From Eledone cirrhosa (taxonomy: Eukaryota), in assembly GCA_964016885.1 (NCBI GenBank), contig OZ024765.1:12152001-12216000 (forward strand): a DNA stretch of 64,000 nucleotides, read 5' to 3'. A model generated the notes under the pieces. The model had not been told where the DNA came from, did no database searches, and saw only the letters and a program-made list of their open reading frames with translations. Made by a program: the position numbers and the translations under genes. Of this stretch, positions 13,018 through 26,962 are shown in pieces. Each line of letters opens with the position of its first letter. Positions within the stretch are counted from its first letter, which is position 1.

Positions 13018-13240
13018 CCCTTTAACATTAAACCAGCCATATCCTGCCAGAATTCTCTCACCTCTTTCTGTTCAAACCAGCCATAACTAGCCACTCATAA
13101 TGATGTTAAGGTATTGTTCTCAAAATAAATAATATCAAAATCTCATAGATTCAATATTATGTGAGATAATTATGTAAGATAAAGTCTTTACCGTGAAAAT
13201 ACAATAGTATATATAGAGTAATGTAAATACTATAAAAGTA
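13018..13240 (+). mobile_element. piggyBac-type MITE (right end decayed)
   Basis: TTAA|CCCTTTAACATT start; internal sequence matches 47564-47800. Confidence 0.75.
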
Positions 13241-13592
13241 TTTAATTAGAAATTCAGTAATGAGAGGGTTAAATGGTTCCTACTTAAAATTAAAAATTCC
13301 AACATAATTTTACATAAGAATATTTATGTTATATTACATATGTGAAGGGGTGTGGTTTGGTTGTTAGAGCGTTGAGCTGTATCAGCCATTACCTTGGATA
13401 ACACCTGGAGTGTGGAGAAGTGAGACTGGCATGCATGGGCGATTGGGGCTCTTCCACAACACACCTTACCCATGCTTAAGCCTCGGAAAGGAACTTTCTG
13501 GGAGCAAAACCATGGTCATTCGTGACTGAAAAGTGCCTATAACAGTTACATATACCATCTTACTGAAATCCTTCCTGAAAATTTTCCATTAA

Positions 13593-14012
13593 CCCTTTAG
13601 CATTCACATTATTTTGTATATACTATGGGCAGTGGATTGGCAGTATCGGTAGAGGGTCGGACGCCATGCTTTCCAGCATAGTTACGTCCCTTTACGATCT
13701 GAGTTCAAATCCCGCCGAGGTTAACTTTGCCTTTCATCCTTACGGGGTCGATAAAATAAAGTACCAGTAATGCACTGGATAATTGCTGGCCTTGTGCCTA
13801 AAGTAGAAACAATTATTTTGTATATACTATTATATTTTCATGGTAAAAGCTTTACCTCACATAATTATCTCACATAATATCGAATCGGATTTTGAAAGTA
13901 TTTATTTTGAGAACAATACCTTAACATAAGTTTGAGCAACCAGTTACAGCCAGTTTCAACAGAAAGAGGTAGAGAATTCTGGCCCGTTTTGGCCGGTTTG
14001 AACACTAAAGGG
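13593..14012 (-). mobile_element. piggyBac-type MITE containing SINE-B (13627-13811) with 19 bp TSD
   Basis: TTAA|CCCTTTAGCATT ... AACACTAAAGGG|TTAA. TSD attattttgtatatactat at 13608-13626 and 13812-13830. Confidence 0.85.
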
Positions 14013-14309
14013 TTAATTAATTAAAATAAAAAACCCATTTCATTAGAAATACAATAACAAGAGGGTTAAAATGAGTGATTTAGTTTCACAAAAACAGATC
14101 CAGTTTTGGCTGGGTTCATAGAAAAAGGATTAAGTTACATAGAAAAATAAATATGTGTATTTACCTGAGGGGTTAATTTATAGAATGTAATCTCAGATTA
14201 TGGATCTGAGTGTTAGGAATTTGTTTTCTATATACTGCTATTTGTAATCTAGTAGGTCTGATTAAAATATGTGTTTATGTTGGGAGAATGTGTGTGTGTG
14301 TGTGTGTGT

Positions 14310-14384
<75 letters not shown>

Positions 14385-14408
14385 TGTGTGTGTGTGTGTG
14401 TGACAGAA

Positions 14409-14440
<32 letters not shown>

Positions 14441-14458
14441 TGTGTGTGTGTGACAGAA

Positions 14459-14578
<120 letters not shown>

Positions 14579-14717
14579 TGTGTGTGTGTATGATTCACAA
14601 GTGGTCTACTTCTTTTCAGAGTTTAAATTTGGAGTGTTAAGGAAGTACTCTGGGTAGTTGTTACCTGAAGAGGGTCACATGACATCCTTATCACCTGTGA
14701 TGTACATACATATATAA

Positions 14718-14761
<44 letters not shown>

Positions 14762-14766
<5 letters not shown>

Positions 14767-15290
14767 GGTTATGCACGACAAAAAGCACCCAGTCCACACT
14801 GTAAAGTGGTCATGTAGGTGTCACAACAAAAAAACACCCAGTCCACACTGTAAAGTGGTCATGTAGGTATCACAACAAAAAAACACCCAGTCCACACTGT
14901 AAAGTGGTCATGTAGGTGTCATGACAAAAAAGCACCCAGTCCACACTGTAAAGTGGTCATGTAGGTGTCTTGACAAAAAAGCATCCAGTCCACACTGTGA
15001 AGTGGTCATGTAGGTGTCACAACAAAAAATCACCCAGTCCACTCTGTAAAGTGGTCGTGTAGGTGTCATGATGAAAAGTACCCAGTCCACACTGTAAAGT
15101 GGTCGTGTAGGAGTTACGACAAAAGGCACCCAGTACTCACTGTAAATGAGGTTGGCGCTAAGAAGGGCATCTAGCTGTAGAAATCACATCAAATCGGTTC
15201 TGTATGAGCAAGACATGGTCACCTGACCTAGCATTGCTCACAACAGGATAACTCATCTAACCCACTTAAAACTATGGTGGACATAAACAT
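14762..15290 (+). repeat. RTE-2 3'UTR-derived element with about 49 bp tandem units
   Basis: cacccagtccacactgtaaagtggtcatgtagg repeated about 8 times, then a decayed gttggcgctaagaagggcatctagctg tail. Confidence 0.8.
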
Positions 15291-15939
15291 TTTAAAACAA
15301 ACAACTTTATTCTCTCAGCACTTCATAAAAAATGCCCAAGACATTGGCTATGTATACAAAATGTTTGTTGACATTTTAAAGCTGTGATTCAGCTATCTAA
15401 CTTAAGATGGTAAGAGTTCTCGTGGTTCTTTGGTTTAATGGGCCAAAGCCCCTAGCCAGTATCTGGGAGACATGAAGTGCAATTCCTCAGAGCAGCCGAT
15501 GACAACTTCTTTTCCTGTCTTTCAGCGTCTTCACCCTAATTAATAAGCTATTTTATAACATCTCCATACATGAACACACCAATCATTCTTTATATTAAGT
15601 TAATATATACTCTCAGTACTTCATAAAAAAATGTCCAATAGATCGGTTACATATACATGGTGTTTGTTGACATTTAAAAGCTAGGATTCGGGTTTATAAG
15701 TTAAGACGGTAAGATTTGTCACAATCCCTTGGCTTAATGAGTTTAAAGCACTTAGCCAGTATCTGGGAGATACGAGGTTCAATTCCTTGTAGTGCTCAAT
15801 ATCAATGTCTTTATCTGTCTTAAGAGTCTTCCCCCTATTTTATAAGCATCTCCACACATGAGCACACCAGTTTTTATATTTATTTTATCCCCTCAACACT
15901 TCGTAAAAGAAAGTCCAAGACATCAGATACATATACACA

Positions 15940-16444
15940 ATCATCATCATCATCATCATCATCATCAACGTTTAACGTCCGTGTTCCACGCTTGCATGGG
16001 TTTGGACGGGGGTTTTCCCACTTGAGGCAAGAGTGATTGTCTTGCTCGCATAGGACTGTCTGGCGGGTTTTCTGCAGCTGGATGCCCTTCCTAACACCAA
16101 CCACATTTACAGTGTGGGGCTGGGAGGTTTTTACCGTGTTGCCTACACGGCCACATTACAGCGTGGACTGTGTGTTTTTTTGTCGTGACACCTACACGAT
16201 CTCATTTGTTTCGGCCTGGATGGTGTGGCACCAACATAACTTTACATTGAAAGGGGCGGTGTGGATGGGGTGGGGGTGGTGGGACGGGGGTGTATTTTGT
16301 TAGAGATGCCTACTGACTGTAGTAGGTTTTACTTTATATTTAGGTAAGGCGGGTCTTCTCTATTACTGAGTACCGCCAAAGGTCTCGGTCCAGTGACATT
16401 GTCTTGGAGAGGTGTAAGTGTGTGAGGTCGGAATTTATCAGCTC
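15940..16444 (-). mobile_element. 3' fragment of a second RTE LINE family (RTE-2)
   Basis: Minus strand encodes ELINSDLTHLHLSKTMSLDRDLWRYSVIEKTRLT*, homologous to the RTE-1 C-terminus EVVRTDLRSLKLTVEMTRDRDEWRDAVLNKTRPT, followed by about 400 bp 3'UTR and (ATG)n. Short direct repeat cacaat at the flanks. Confidence 0.85.
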
Positions 16445-16767
16445 ACAATGTTTGTTGATATATAAAAGTCTGTGATTCAGCTAACTTAAGATGGTAAGAG
16501 TTTTCACGATCCCTTTATAAAGCATATCCACACATGAGCACACCAGTCTTTATGTTCACTTTATCCCCTCAACACTTCGTAAAAATACCTGAGAGATTAG
16601 CTACACACGTTTGTAAACAATTTTATGTTGTAAAACAAGAAGCAGTTTCAGGCATGTTGGTGTAAGAAGAATTAATACTGTCCTTGAGATAAATATAAAT
16701 TATAGGAGAGCCATAGCTGGAATTCCTTTGATCTTAGGCTTGGTGGATCAGATCTGACTTGGGTTAA

Positions 16768-16784
16768 ATAACAGTAACAACAGT

Positions 16785-16818
<34 letters not shown>

Positions 16819-17475
16819 GTAACAACAACAGCAACAACAGTAACAGGAATAACAGTAACAACAACAACAATAACAACAACAGCAGTAGCAGCAACAACAA
16901 TAACAACAACAACAACAACAACAGTGACAACAACAGCAACAACAGTAACAGGAATAACAGTAACAACAACAACAATAACAACAACAGCAGTAGCAGCAAC
17001 AACAATAACAACAACAACAATAACAACAACAACAGTAACAACAACAGCAACAACAGTAACAGGAATAACAGTAACAACAACAACAATAACAACAACAGCA
17101 GTAGCAGCAACAACAGTAACAGCAACAACAATAACAACAACAACAGTAACAGGAATAACAGTAACAACAACAACAATAACAACAACAGCAGTAGCAGCAA
17201 CAACACTAACAGCAACAACAATAACAACAACAGCAGTAACAGCAACAACAGTAACAGCAACAACAATAACAACAACAGCAGTAGCAGCAACAACAATAAC
17301 AACAATAACAACAACAACAGTAGCAGCAACAACAGCAACAACAACAACAACAAAAACAACAACAGCCACAACAAAAACAACAATAGCAACACTAACAACA
17401 AAAGCAGCAATAACAACATCACCACGACAACACCACCACCACCACCACTACCACCAACAACAACAACAACAACAG
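16768..17475. repeat. (AAC)n-based compound trinucleotide satellite
   Basis: Direct inspection. Confidence 0.95.
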
Positions 17476-17681
17476 CCTCAGTCCGCCAATCAGACAAGGG
17501 GTTTTCAAGCCCTACAATGTACCTCCTCAAGATTGGTGCACCTTTGATCATAGGTCTACTTGGTCGACTGGGCCTGGGGCTAAACTACAACTGTTAGAAA
17601 TGTTTCTCTGATCCTCCAACACCACCACCACTGCCACCATCATTGCCACTACTGCTACTACTGCTACTACTGCTGCTGCTA

Positions 17682-17713
<32 letters not shown>

Positions 17714-17876
17714 ACTACCAGCACTAAGACGATCACAACTACCATCATCATACAATCACCAACATCTAAACAACCATGGCCATTACAACCATCACTACTA
17801 TTACCACCACCATCACAATCCTTACCATCAAAACCACCAACACCACCACCACCACCATCATCATCACAAGGTTTAA

Positions 17877-18570
17877 CCCATTAGCATTTAAGCCGGCTGT
17901 ATCTGGTCAGAATTCTCTCACCTCTTTCTGTTCAAACCGGCTGTAACCAGCCACTCATACTGATGTTAAGGTATTCTCAAAATAAATAATATCAAATTCT
18001 CGTAGATTCGATATGTGAGATATTTATGTGAGGTAAAACCTTTACCATAAAAATATAATTGTTTCTACTTTAGGCACAAGGCCAGCAAATACCCAGCACA
18101 TTACTGGTACTTTATTTTATCGACCCCGTAAGGATGAAAGGCAAAGTCAACCTCGGCGGGATTTGAACTCAGATCGTAAATGGACGTAACTATGCTGGAA
18201 AGCATGGCGTCCGACCCTCTACCTATACTGCCAATCCTCCGCCCTAGCATGGTGTCCGACCCTCTACCGATACTGCCAATCCACCACCCTAGCATGGCGT
18301 CCGACCCTCTACCTATACTGCCAATCCACCGCCCTAGCATGGTGTCCGACCCTCTACCGATACTGCCAATCCACCACCCTAGCATGGCGTCCGACCCTCT
18401 ACCTATACTGCCAATCCACCGCCCTAGCATGGTGTCCGACCCTCTACCTATACTGCCAATCCACCACCCTAGCATGGTGTCCGACCCTCTACCTATACTG
18501 CCAATCCACTGCCCTTTACCATAAAAATATAATAGTATATATATATATAGAGTAATATAAATGCTAAGGG
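17877..18570 (+). mobile_element. piggyBac-type MITE with SINE-B insertion and a 46 bp tandem expansion of the SINE head
   Basis: TTAA|CCCATTAGCATT...AATGCTAAGGG|TTA. The flank cctttaccataaaa(a)tataat is duplicated; 46 bp units span about 18200-18510. Confidence 0.85.
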
Positions 18571-18574
18571 TTAC

Positions 18575-19785
18575 CCCTTTTGCATTTAAATGGACCATAC
18601 CCGGCCAGAATTTTCTCACCGCTTTTTGTTCAAACCGACAATAACCAGCTGCTCATACTGACATTAAGGCATTGTTCTTAAAATTGATAATTGTTTCTAC
18701 TTTTGGCACAAAGCCAGCAATTACCCCAGTGCGTTACTGGTACTTTATTATATCAACCCTGTAAGGATGAAAAGCAAAATTAACCTCACCAGGATTTGAA
18801 CTCAGATCTTAAAGCGTCATAACTCTATGCTGCAAAGCATGTTGTCTGACGCTCTACCGATACTGCCAATCTATCACCCTGTAATAAATATATAATAATT
18901 GTTTCTACTTTTGGCACAAGGCTAGCAATTATCCCAGTTTATGACTGGTACTTTATTTTATCGACCCTGTAAGGATGAAAGGCAAAGTTAACCTCACCAG
19001 GATTTGAACTCAGATCTTAAAAGTCCATAACTCTATACTGCAAAGCATGTTGTCTGACGCTCTACCGATTCTGCCAATCCACCGCCTTTACATAAATATA
19101 TAATTGTTTCTACGTTTGGCACAAGGCCAGCAATTATCCCAGTACATTACTGGTACTTTATTTTATCAACCCTGTAAGGATGAAAGGCAAAGTAAACCTC
19201 GGAGGGATTTGAAGTTTATCTGTAAAGGGCCGTAACTCTATGCTGCAAAGTATGGCGTGCAAATGATTTCTAGTATGGGCACAAGGCCAGCAATTTTGAG
19301 GGAGACGAAAACCGATTAATAATGACAGGATTTTACCTCAGATCTTAAAAGGTCATAACTCTATGATTGGCAGTATCGGTAGAGCGTCAGACACCATGTC
19401 TGACGCTCTACCAATACTGCCAATCCACCACCCTAGCATGGCGTCTGACCCTCTACCGATACTGCCAATCCACCACCCTAACATGGCGTCCGACCCTCTA
19501 CCGATTCTGCCAATCAACTGTCCTATAGCATTTACATTATTCTATAATATAAGGGCGGTGGATTGGCAGTATCAGTAGAGGGTCAGACGCCATGCTTTGA
19601 CGCATAGAGTTACGGCTCTTGCCATTCCGAGTTCAAATTCCCGCCCGAGGTTAAACTTTGCCTTTCATCCTTACGGGGTCGATAACATAAAGTACCAGTA
19701 ATACACTGGGGTAATAGCTGGCCTTGTGCCAAAAGTATAAACAATTATTCTATAATAAATATAGAGTAATGTGAATGCTAAAGGG
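18575..19785 (+). mobile_element. Second adjacent piggyBac-type MITE containing at least 4 SINE-B copies
   Basis: CCCTTTTGCATT...AATGCTAAAGGG|TTAA. SINE-B at about 18688, 18895 and 19102 (minus) and 19554 (plus). Confidence 0.75.
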
Positions 19786-20027
19786 TTAATAACCTCACTA
19801 TTGTTACCACTCTCACCACAAATCCTCGGCTCTGCAGGAGGGGCATGTTGCTAAGATATGAGGATATCAAGATAATATTGTTCAAATACTTTATCACAGC
19901 ACTTCAAACATTAATGTGGCCCACCCACTGCGATGTTATTGCCACGGTAGTTACCTACACACCACCCTCTTAGTCATTCCAACACAGGCACACACACAGA
20001 CAGACACACATATATACATGCACACAG

Positions 20028-20081
<54 letters not shown>

Positions 20082-21529
20082 ACAGTGTTCAGGTTTAGCT
20101 ATGAAAGTCTAAAACCTAGTGGTTGGGGTGTAGGAGTCACGATCATAAAACCATTGTTTCACTGCCTGGATTGGGCAGCATGTTGTATCCTTGAGCAAGA
20201 CACTTCACTTTATATTACTTTTTCATGATAAGACTGGAGCCCCCAATCATTAAAACACATGACAAACTTCTTATAAGATAAGTCTAGTAGGAAGCCAGCT
20301 AAACCTACATGGGTGAGAGCTGTAATAAAAAATAACAGATCACAGGCCCCTATCATTAAAACACCTGAGAAACCTTCCATGAAATAGAAGCCAGTAGGAG
20401 CCCAACTAAACCTGCATGGGTGAGAGCTATAAGAAAAGCAACACACACACACAGATAGACACATATAAAGACACACACACACACATAGAAAGACTAAAGA
20501 AACCTTGTGAGATAATAATGTGAGGTAAAGCCTTTACCAGGACAATACAATAGTAAATACAGAGTAATGCAAATGCTAAAGGGTTAAAACACCCAAGAAA
20601 CCTATGAAATATAGGCCAGCTAAACCTACATAGGTGTGAGCTGTAAATTTCATAATTTTTTTTCATTTCAAATCTGCTTTTCAACAATATGGTTTCCAGT
20701 TCAATCTCAGTGCACAGCAAAAGCCTTGAGCAAGACTCTTTCCTGTACCATAACCTTGGGTCAACCAAACAATATTTGGTGAAAGGGGTATGGGAGGGGT
20801 TCAATGGAAGGGACCTATATATATATGTATATATATATATGTATATATATATATATGTATATATATATATGTATATATATGTATATATATATATGTATAT
20901 ATAAAATAAAATAAAATAAAATAAAACAAAACAAAGATTTCTTTTTAACAACAGCTTAATCTTGGATTTGAAGAAAGCATAATTCTATTGTAAGACACAA
21001 AAGCATGTTCTTGAGTTCCTTAATTAGTTTTAGTTATTTTAGCTCAAGCCATTCTTCAATATCTGCCCCCGTGTGTTTTAATTAATTTAAAAAATAATCC
21101 AGAATTTAGAAGGAATTAGGAGATTAATGAGATTTGTTATAATTAAGTTAGTGTTTGGAGCATAACTTAACAAAAAGTTAATGTTCAAAATTATGATGGA
21201 GATTGATAATTTAAGATATGAACAATTTATGAAGATATGAACAAATAATTATAATTTTGTATGAAAGAAATCAGGAGCAGTCTTAAAGGAAAACTTTGAA
21301 AATAATATATTTATAGAATTTGGAAGAATTCAGTAAACTAATTATTGTTGTAATTATTTAGCTGTTATGGAACATAATTATTTAGAGTTATTGAACATAA
21401 TTTAAAGAAAAGGTTCTCATGTAAAATTATTATAGAAGACTTTCATTTAAATATGTACACTTTAAAAAAAAGACAGATCTCAAGCAGGTTTGATACTTCA
21501 TGGCTTTTCATTGTTTTGTTACCATAGAA

Positions 21530-21700
21530 TAATTGAAAGACACTCTCAGAAGAAATTATGGAGCTATGATCTGCTGGATGTGAAGTGTGACCACTGAGGA
21601 TGATGTGAGTTCAACTGAGCTCCTGAAAAGACTGCTGATCAACGACCTCTAGGATGTGTTTCTCATGAGAAGCATGCACTGGTACAGCCATGTCTGAATG
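21530..21700 (+). pseudogene. Old degenerate RTE ORF fragment
   Basis: AMICWM*SVTTEDDVSSTELLKRLLINDL*DVFLMRSMHWYSHV resembles SMLRWMCSV...LREKL...RRLRWYGHV of RTE-1. Confidence 0.65.
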
Positions 21701-22050
21701 GGCTAGGAACAACTGACAGAGCTATGATCTGCTGGAACATATCTTAACAAAAGCTCTTATATAAACTTACAGTAAAAGGGTTTTAGATAAATATAAGCAT
21801 ATCCATTTTTTTGCTACCATATTTCTAATGATTTTTTAATAACTTTGAATATATTAAAGAATTTGGGGGCATTTCTCATTATTTATCTGATCTATGGAAC
21901 ATAACTTAACCAAGGTTTTTATAACATAAAATTACGGTAAAAGATTTTTAGATATATAGAAATATTAACACTTTTGTTACCATATTTCTGATGTAAGACA
22001 CTGCATATAGACAAATAAATACATAAACAGATTGATATATATATATATAT

Positions 22051-22241
22051 AGGTAACACGGTAAAAACCTCCCAGTCCACACTGTAAACGTGGTTGGTGT
22101 TAGGAAGGGCATCCAGCCGTAGAAAACCCGCCAGACAGTCCTACACGCGCAGTACAAACAATCTTGCCTCAAGTGGGAAAACTCCCGTCCAAACCCATGC
22201 AAGCGTGGAAGATGGACATTAAACAATGATGATGATGATGA
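22051..22241 (+). mobile_element. RTE-2 3'UTR fragment
   Basis: Matches 15940-16140 in reverse; (ATG)n tail. Confidence 0.8.
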
Positions 22242-23179
22242 TATATATATATATACACACACACAGAGTGTACCCCCAGCATTCTCAGTCCTGGATATTT
22301 GCAGGAATTTTCTTTAGAACCTAATTAATAAGTGTTTGTAGAAACCACCACATATTCGCGGAATTGTAAATATTTTCCGTGATTTTTTATGGCTTTTTTC
22401 ACGGCAATAAATATTTTTTCATACTTTTTAGTGCTAAATTATCAATAACGATATAGCGTGTTTGCCAGTCTATACTTTACGTAATGTTTTGACATGTATT
22501 GGCATTTTTATAGACCACGTCCAGTATTCATGGATTTTCACTCAGTGTAGGTGCTCTAGTAACGTAACACCCACGAATACCGGGAGGGGGGGGGGACAAC
22601 TGTGTGTGTGTGTATATATATATATATATGGTCGGGTCGTTGGCGACTAAACTGGCAACCCCACCAAGGTTTCTTGGTGAGGAGGGTGGCTTTGGACATC
22701 CTGCAGGACTAAAAACAAAACCTGTCAAAAGGCAAAGGGGCTCTTAAGAGTCAATAGCCATCCAAAATCACCGGGAGAGATGACCCCTTAGCCTTTGTCA
22801 AGGCAGAATTCTAGGAGAAGAAAAACTCTGATATAACATCTGCAACCCTGATGGTATCCAATGATGTTGAATTGTTCTTCTTTTTGGTAAATATCATCTT
22901 GGTTAAGAGAGAGGGACTGGCTTTGTGCAGTGCCTTTGCTCACTATAAAAGCTTCACAGCACAGGCATTGCTTTATATCTGGAGATCTCTCTGCACTTGT
23001 CGTCACATGGTGCCATGGGCCCAGCACTATGTGTCAATAATTGTCACAAGTGTAGTGTTTGTACCAGAGTTTTCAAGTCGCTGGCTGGACTAAAAAGTCA
23101 CACTCGTTCAGCGCATCGGTAGGGGTTCTCCTACATGGTTATAAAGTAGTGGCCGTACTCGAAAACGAGTTGGCAGCCA

Positions 23180-23240
<61 letters not shown>

Positions 23241-23433
23241 TATATGTAGAAGTTCTATTTAAATTGTTGGGATACAACAAGCAAATATTTTTATAACTGA
23301 TATAAAGCACTCAACAAATTATTGGAGTAAAAATACGATATTGGAGATAAAATACTATCCGGGAGCTTCCAACAGAAATGGTCGCATTCTTTAAGGGTAT
23401 GTCAATATTTATTTATAAAACTGATCTATATTA

Positions 23434-23498
23434 TATTTTATCTGATGAAAGCACACCATAATTTAACCTGGTGTCCTTGAAATATGTATAATGAAATA
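23434..23498 (+). ncRNA. Type I hammerhead ribozyme
   Basis: TATTTTAT-CTGATGA-AAG C ACACCA(taatttaacc)TGGTGT C CTT-GAAA-TATGTA-TA-ATGAAATA. Lies in an approximately 290 bp island between TA tracts. Confidence 0.85.
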
Positions 23499-23540
23499 AA
23501 TATGGTTTTATAAATATAGTTTCCATTTGTTAATATATCG

Positions 23541-23574
<34 letters not shown>

Positions 23575-23697
23575 TTATATATATATATATTATATATATA
23601 TATATTATATATATATATATTATATATATATATATATCATATATATATATATATCATATATATATATATATTATATATATATATATCATATATATAT

Positions 23698-23787
<90 letters not shown>

Positions 23788-23796
23788 TATATATAT

Positions 23797-23858
<62 letters not shown>

Positions 23859-23873
23859 CATATATATATATAT

Positions 23874-23906
<33 letters not shown>

Positions 23907-23914
<8 letters not shown>

Positions 23915-24492
23915 ATACTTTGGGAGGGTTATGTTGCCAATAAGAAACACACGCACCAGTTGCTTTCACTTCAATTTATTATATATTTATATATTTATAA
24001 ATTTACAAATCTACAAACTTATAAATTTCTGGTTGGTTGGTTGGTTCCACAATCAGATAGTTGTTTATATATAGTCATAGTCCTTTCGTCACACACTCTG
24101 TGACCTCTTCAGTGACTGGGGATTCCTTTCTTTGTTTCTGTGCCTTTCCTTTCTTCTGTCCTACGCCATTTTCCAATGAAGGACAGAAGAAAGGAAAGGC
24201 ACAGAAACAAAGAAAGGAATCCCCAGTCACTGAAGAGGTCACAGAGTGTGTGACGAAAGGACTATGACTATATATAAACAACTATCTGGTTGTGGAACCA
24301 ACCAACCAACCAGAAATTTATAAGTTTGTAGATTTGTAAATTTATAAATTTATAAATATATAATAAATTGAAGTGAAAGCAACTGGTGCGTGTGTTTCTT
24401 ATTGGCAACATGACCCTCCCAAAGTATAACAATATCGGTTTCAACACACGATTTCAGATAAAGAATCTTGCTAAACAAATTCAGAAACGAAA
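23907..24492. mobile_element. About 530 bp palindrome (about 256 bp arms, 17 nt spacer) plus about 57 bp one-sided tail, inserted in (TA)n
   Basis: Arms 23907-24162 and 24180-24435 are near-identical reverse complements. The tail 24436-24492 has a relative at 38120-38200. Confidence 0.95.
24225..24269 (+). ncRNA. Type I hammerhead ribozyme (mirror copy on minus strand, 24073-24117)
   Basis: AGTCA-CTGAAGA-G GTCAC(agagtgt)GTGAC-GAAA-G GA C-TA-TGACT; CUA triplet. Confidence 0.88.
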
Positions 24493-24514
24493 TATATATA
24501 TATATATATATATC

Positions 24515-24547
<33 letters not shown>

Positions 24548-24596
24548 ATATTATATATATATTTATATATATATATATATATTATATATATATATC

Positions 24597-24633
<37 letters not shown>

Positions 24634-24690
24634 ATATATTATATATATATATTATATATATATATATATTATATATATATATTATATATA

Positions 24691-24730
<40 letters not shown>

Positions 24731-24803
24731 GTTATTCCGGGTTGAATCGGAGGTAACCACAGTAAGTAAGGTACTCAATACATAGCAGAGTATAACAGTT
24801 TTA

Positions 24804-24924
24804 ATATAGATGAGATTCTACAGGACTAGAACTGTTTCATTCATTAGAAATCATCAGGAATCAGAGATTCCTGATGATTTCTAATGAATGAAACAGTTCT
24901 AGTCCTGTAGAATCTCATCTATAT
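24804..24924. mobile_element. Perfect palindrome with a hammerhead on each strand (same family as 3986-4114)
   Basis: Symmetric about 24864 with a 3 nt spacer; tail at 24737-24793; TA tracts on both sides. Confidence 0.92.
24864..24916 (+). ncRNA. Type I hammerhead ribozyme (mirror copy on minus strand, 24812-24862)
   Basis: GAGATTC-CTGATGA-T TTC TAAT GAA T-GAAA-CAG TTCTAGTC CTG-TA-GAATCTC: perfect 7 bp stem I and 4 bp stem III. Confidence 0.9.
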
Positions 24925-25031
24925 ATATATATATATATATATATAGTAATAATAAATGTGAAGACTAAAAACAAAATTAAGCAGTGATTCTTTGCTTAAA
25001 CTTTAATCTGTTATTTTATCATTATATATAA

Positions 25032-25206
25032 TTGGCAATATCGGTAGAGGGTCGGACACCATGCTTTCCAGCATAGTTACGTCCCTTTACAGTCTGAGTT
25101 CAAATCCCGCCGAGGTTAACTTTGCCTTTCATCCTTACGGGGTCGATAGAATAAAGTACCAGTAATACACTGGAATAATTGCTGGTCTTGTGCCAATAGT
25201 AGAAAC

Positions 25207-25210
<4 letters not shown>
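25032..25210 (+). mobile_element. SINE-B
   Basis: Consensus match. Confidence 0.9.
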
Positions 25211-25242
<32 letters not shown>

Positions 25243-25245
<3 letters not shown>

Positions 25246-25412
25246 AACGAGTAGGACCCCGACGGCTGAGCTCAAGTCCAGAATTAGCCGTCGAAACGGC
25301 TTGAGCTCAGCCGTCGGGGTCCTACTCGTTCCTATTACCCACTCTACTACCCTAAGTATTGAGAACGTTCGTGCGTTATGGTCCATCTGGTTCCTTACCA
25401 CATTTCCTTCGT
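25243..25412. mobile_element. TA-inserted palindromic mini-element, family P
   Basis: ggaacgagtaggaccccgacggctgagctcaag / cttgagctcagccgtcggggtcctactcgttcc plus tail. Confidence 0.85.
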
Positions 25413-25854
25413 TATATATATATGAGAGAGAGATAGAGAGAGAGAGAGAGGGAGAGAGAGAGGGAGAGAGAGAGAGAGAGAGAGACTGATAAATAGATAG
25501 AGGGCTAGGTAGACAGATAGATATTTCAATAGACAAATAGATCAATGGCTTTAATCAGTAAATAGGTCATCAATCTCTAAACATCCACCACAAAGATCAA
25601 AAATAAGATATATCAACACATTGCTTGCAGGAAGGGCAGTTAGAGAAGGTCAATGATTATCCATATATATGTGTGTGTGGGTGGGTGTTGCTCTGGGGGG
25701 AGGGGGTAGCTATGTGTGTGTGTGTATGGGGAGGGGGGGGCTATGTCTCTGTATGTGTGTGTGTATGTATATATGTGTGTGTGTGTGTGTGGTGTGTTAG
25801 ATATCATTATCATCAGTATTTAACGGCTGTTCTCCCTGCTAGCAAGGGTTGTCT

Positions 25855-25917
<63 letters not shown>

Positions 25918-25978
25918 CGGAGTGTGTGTATATGTATGTGTGTATGTATATATATATATATATGTGTGTGAGTGCGTC

Positions 25979-26019
<41 letters not shown>

Positions 26020-26064
26020 CATCAAATAAATAATAAAATAATAATAATATACACACACGCACAC

Positions 26065-26123
<59 letters not shown>

Positions 26124-26235
26124 TATAACCTTAATCCATAACCTGAATTATTTATATTGTAATCCTTACTAAAGTACAGATTTAAATATTGATACATATT
26201 TATATATTTACTGTGCAGACGTAAAATGCTGATGA

Positions 26236-26283
<48 letters not shown>

Positions 26284-26313
26284 ATATACATACGTACTTA
26301 TATATATATATAA

Positions 26314-26389
<76 letters not shown>

Positions 26390-26516
26390 ATACATACTTA
26401 TATATATAAATACCTACATACATATTTATCTATATATAAATATATATACATATATATATATATACCAACATACTTATATATATAAATATATATACATATA
26501 TATATTTACATACATA

Positions 26517-26628
<112 letters not shown>

Positions 26629-26962
26629 AAGTGTGTGTATGAGAGAGAGAGAGAGTGGGGGAGTGTGAAAGAGAGAGAAATATAGATATGTTTATGTATG
26701 TCATGTATGTGTATGTATCTATTTATAAATATATATTTACATATATATATATGTGTGCGTGTATTGTGTATATGTGTCAGTGTGTGTGTGCGTGCATGTG
26801 TGAATATGTGTGTGTGTAGGCTGTTATAGCACAATCCTATTAAAGCACAACAAAGTCAATTTCTGCAGATTATAGAATAAATGGTGGCCTTTTTTCAGAT
26901 TTACAGTTGGAGGAGTTTAGTGAGGGATTCTGCTAGCTTCTGTGTGATGTAAACGCACACAC

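Noticed and set aside
14660-14700. CTGAAGA + hairpin, or a 30 nt minus-strand micro-exon
   Set aside because: No GAAA or stem III, and the splice signals alone are insufficient evidence.
16748-17551. Poly-Leu / mucin-like Thr-rich ORFs (also poly-Val ORF 43485-44516)
   Set aside because: Trinucleotide satellites open in several frames.
24061-24281. Mirror-image 68 aa ORFs on both strands
   Set aside because: A consequence of the palindrome, not coding.
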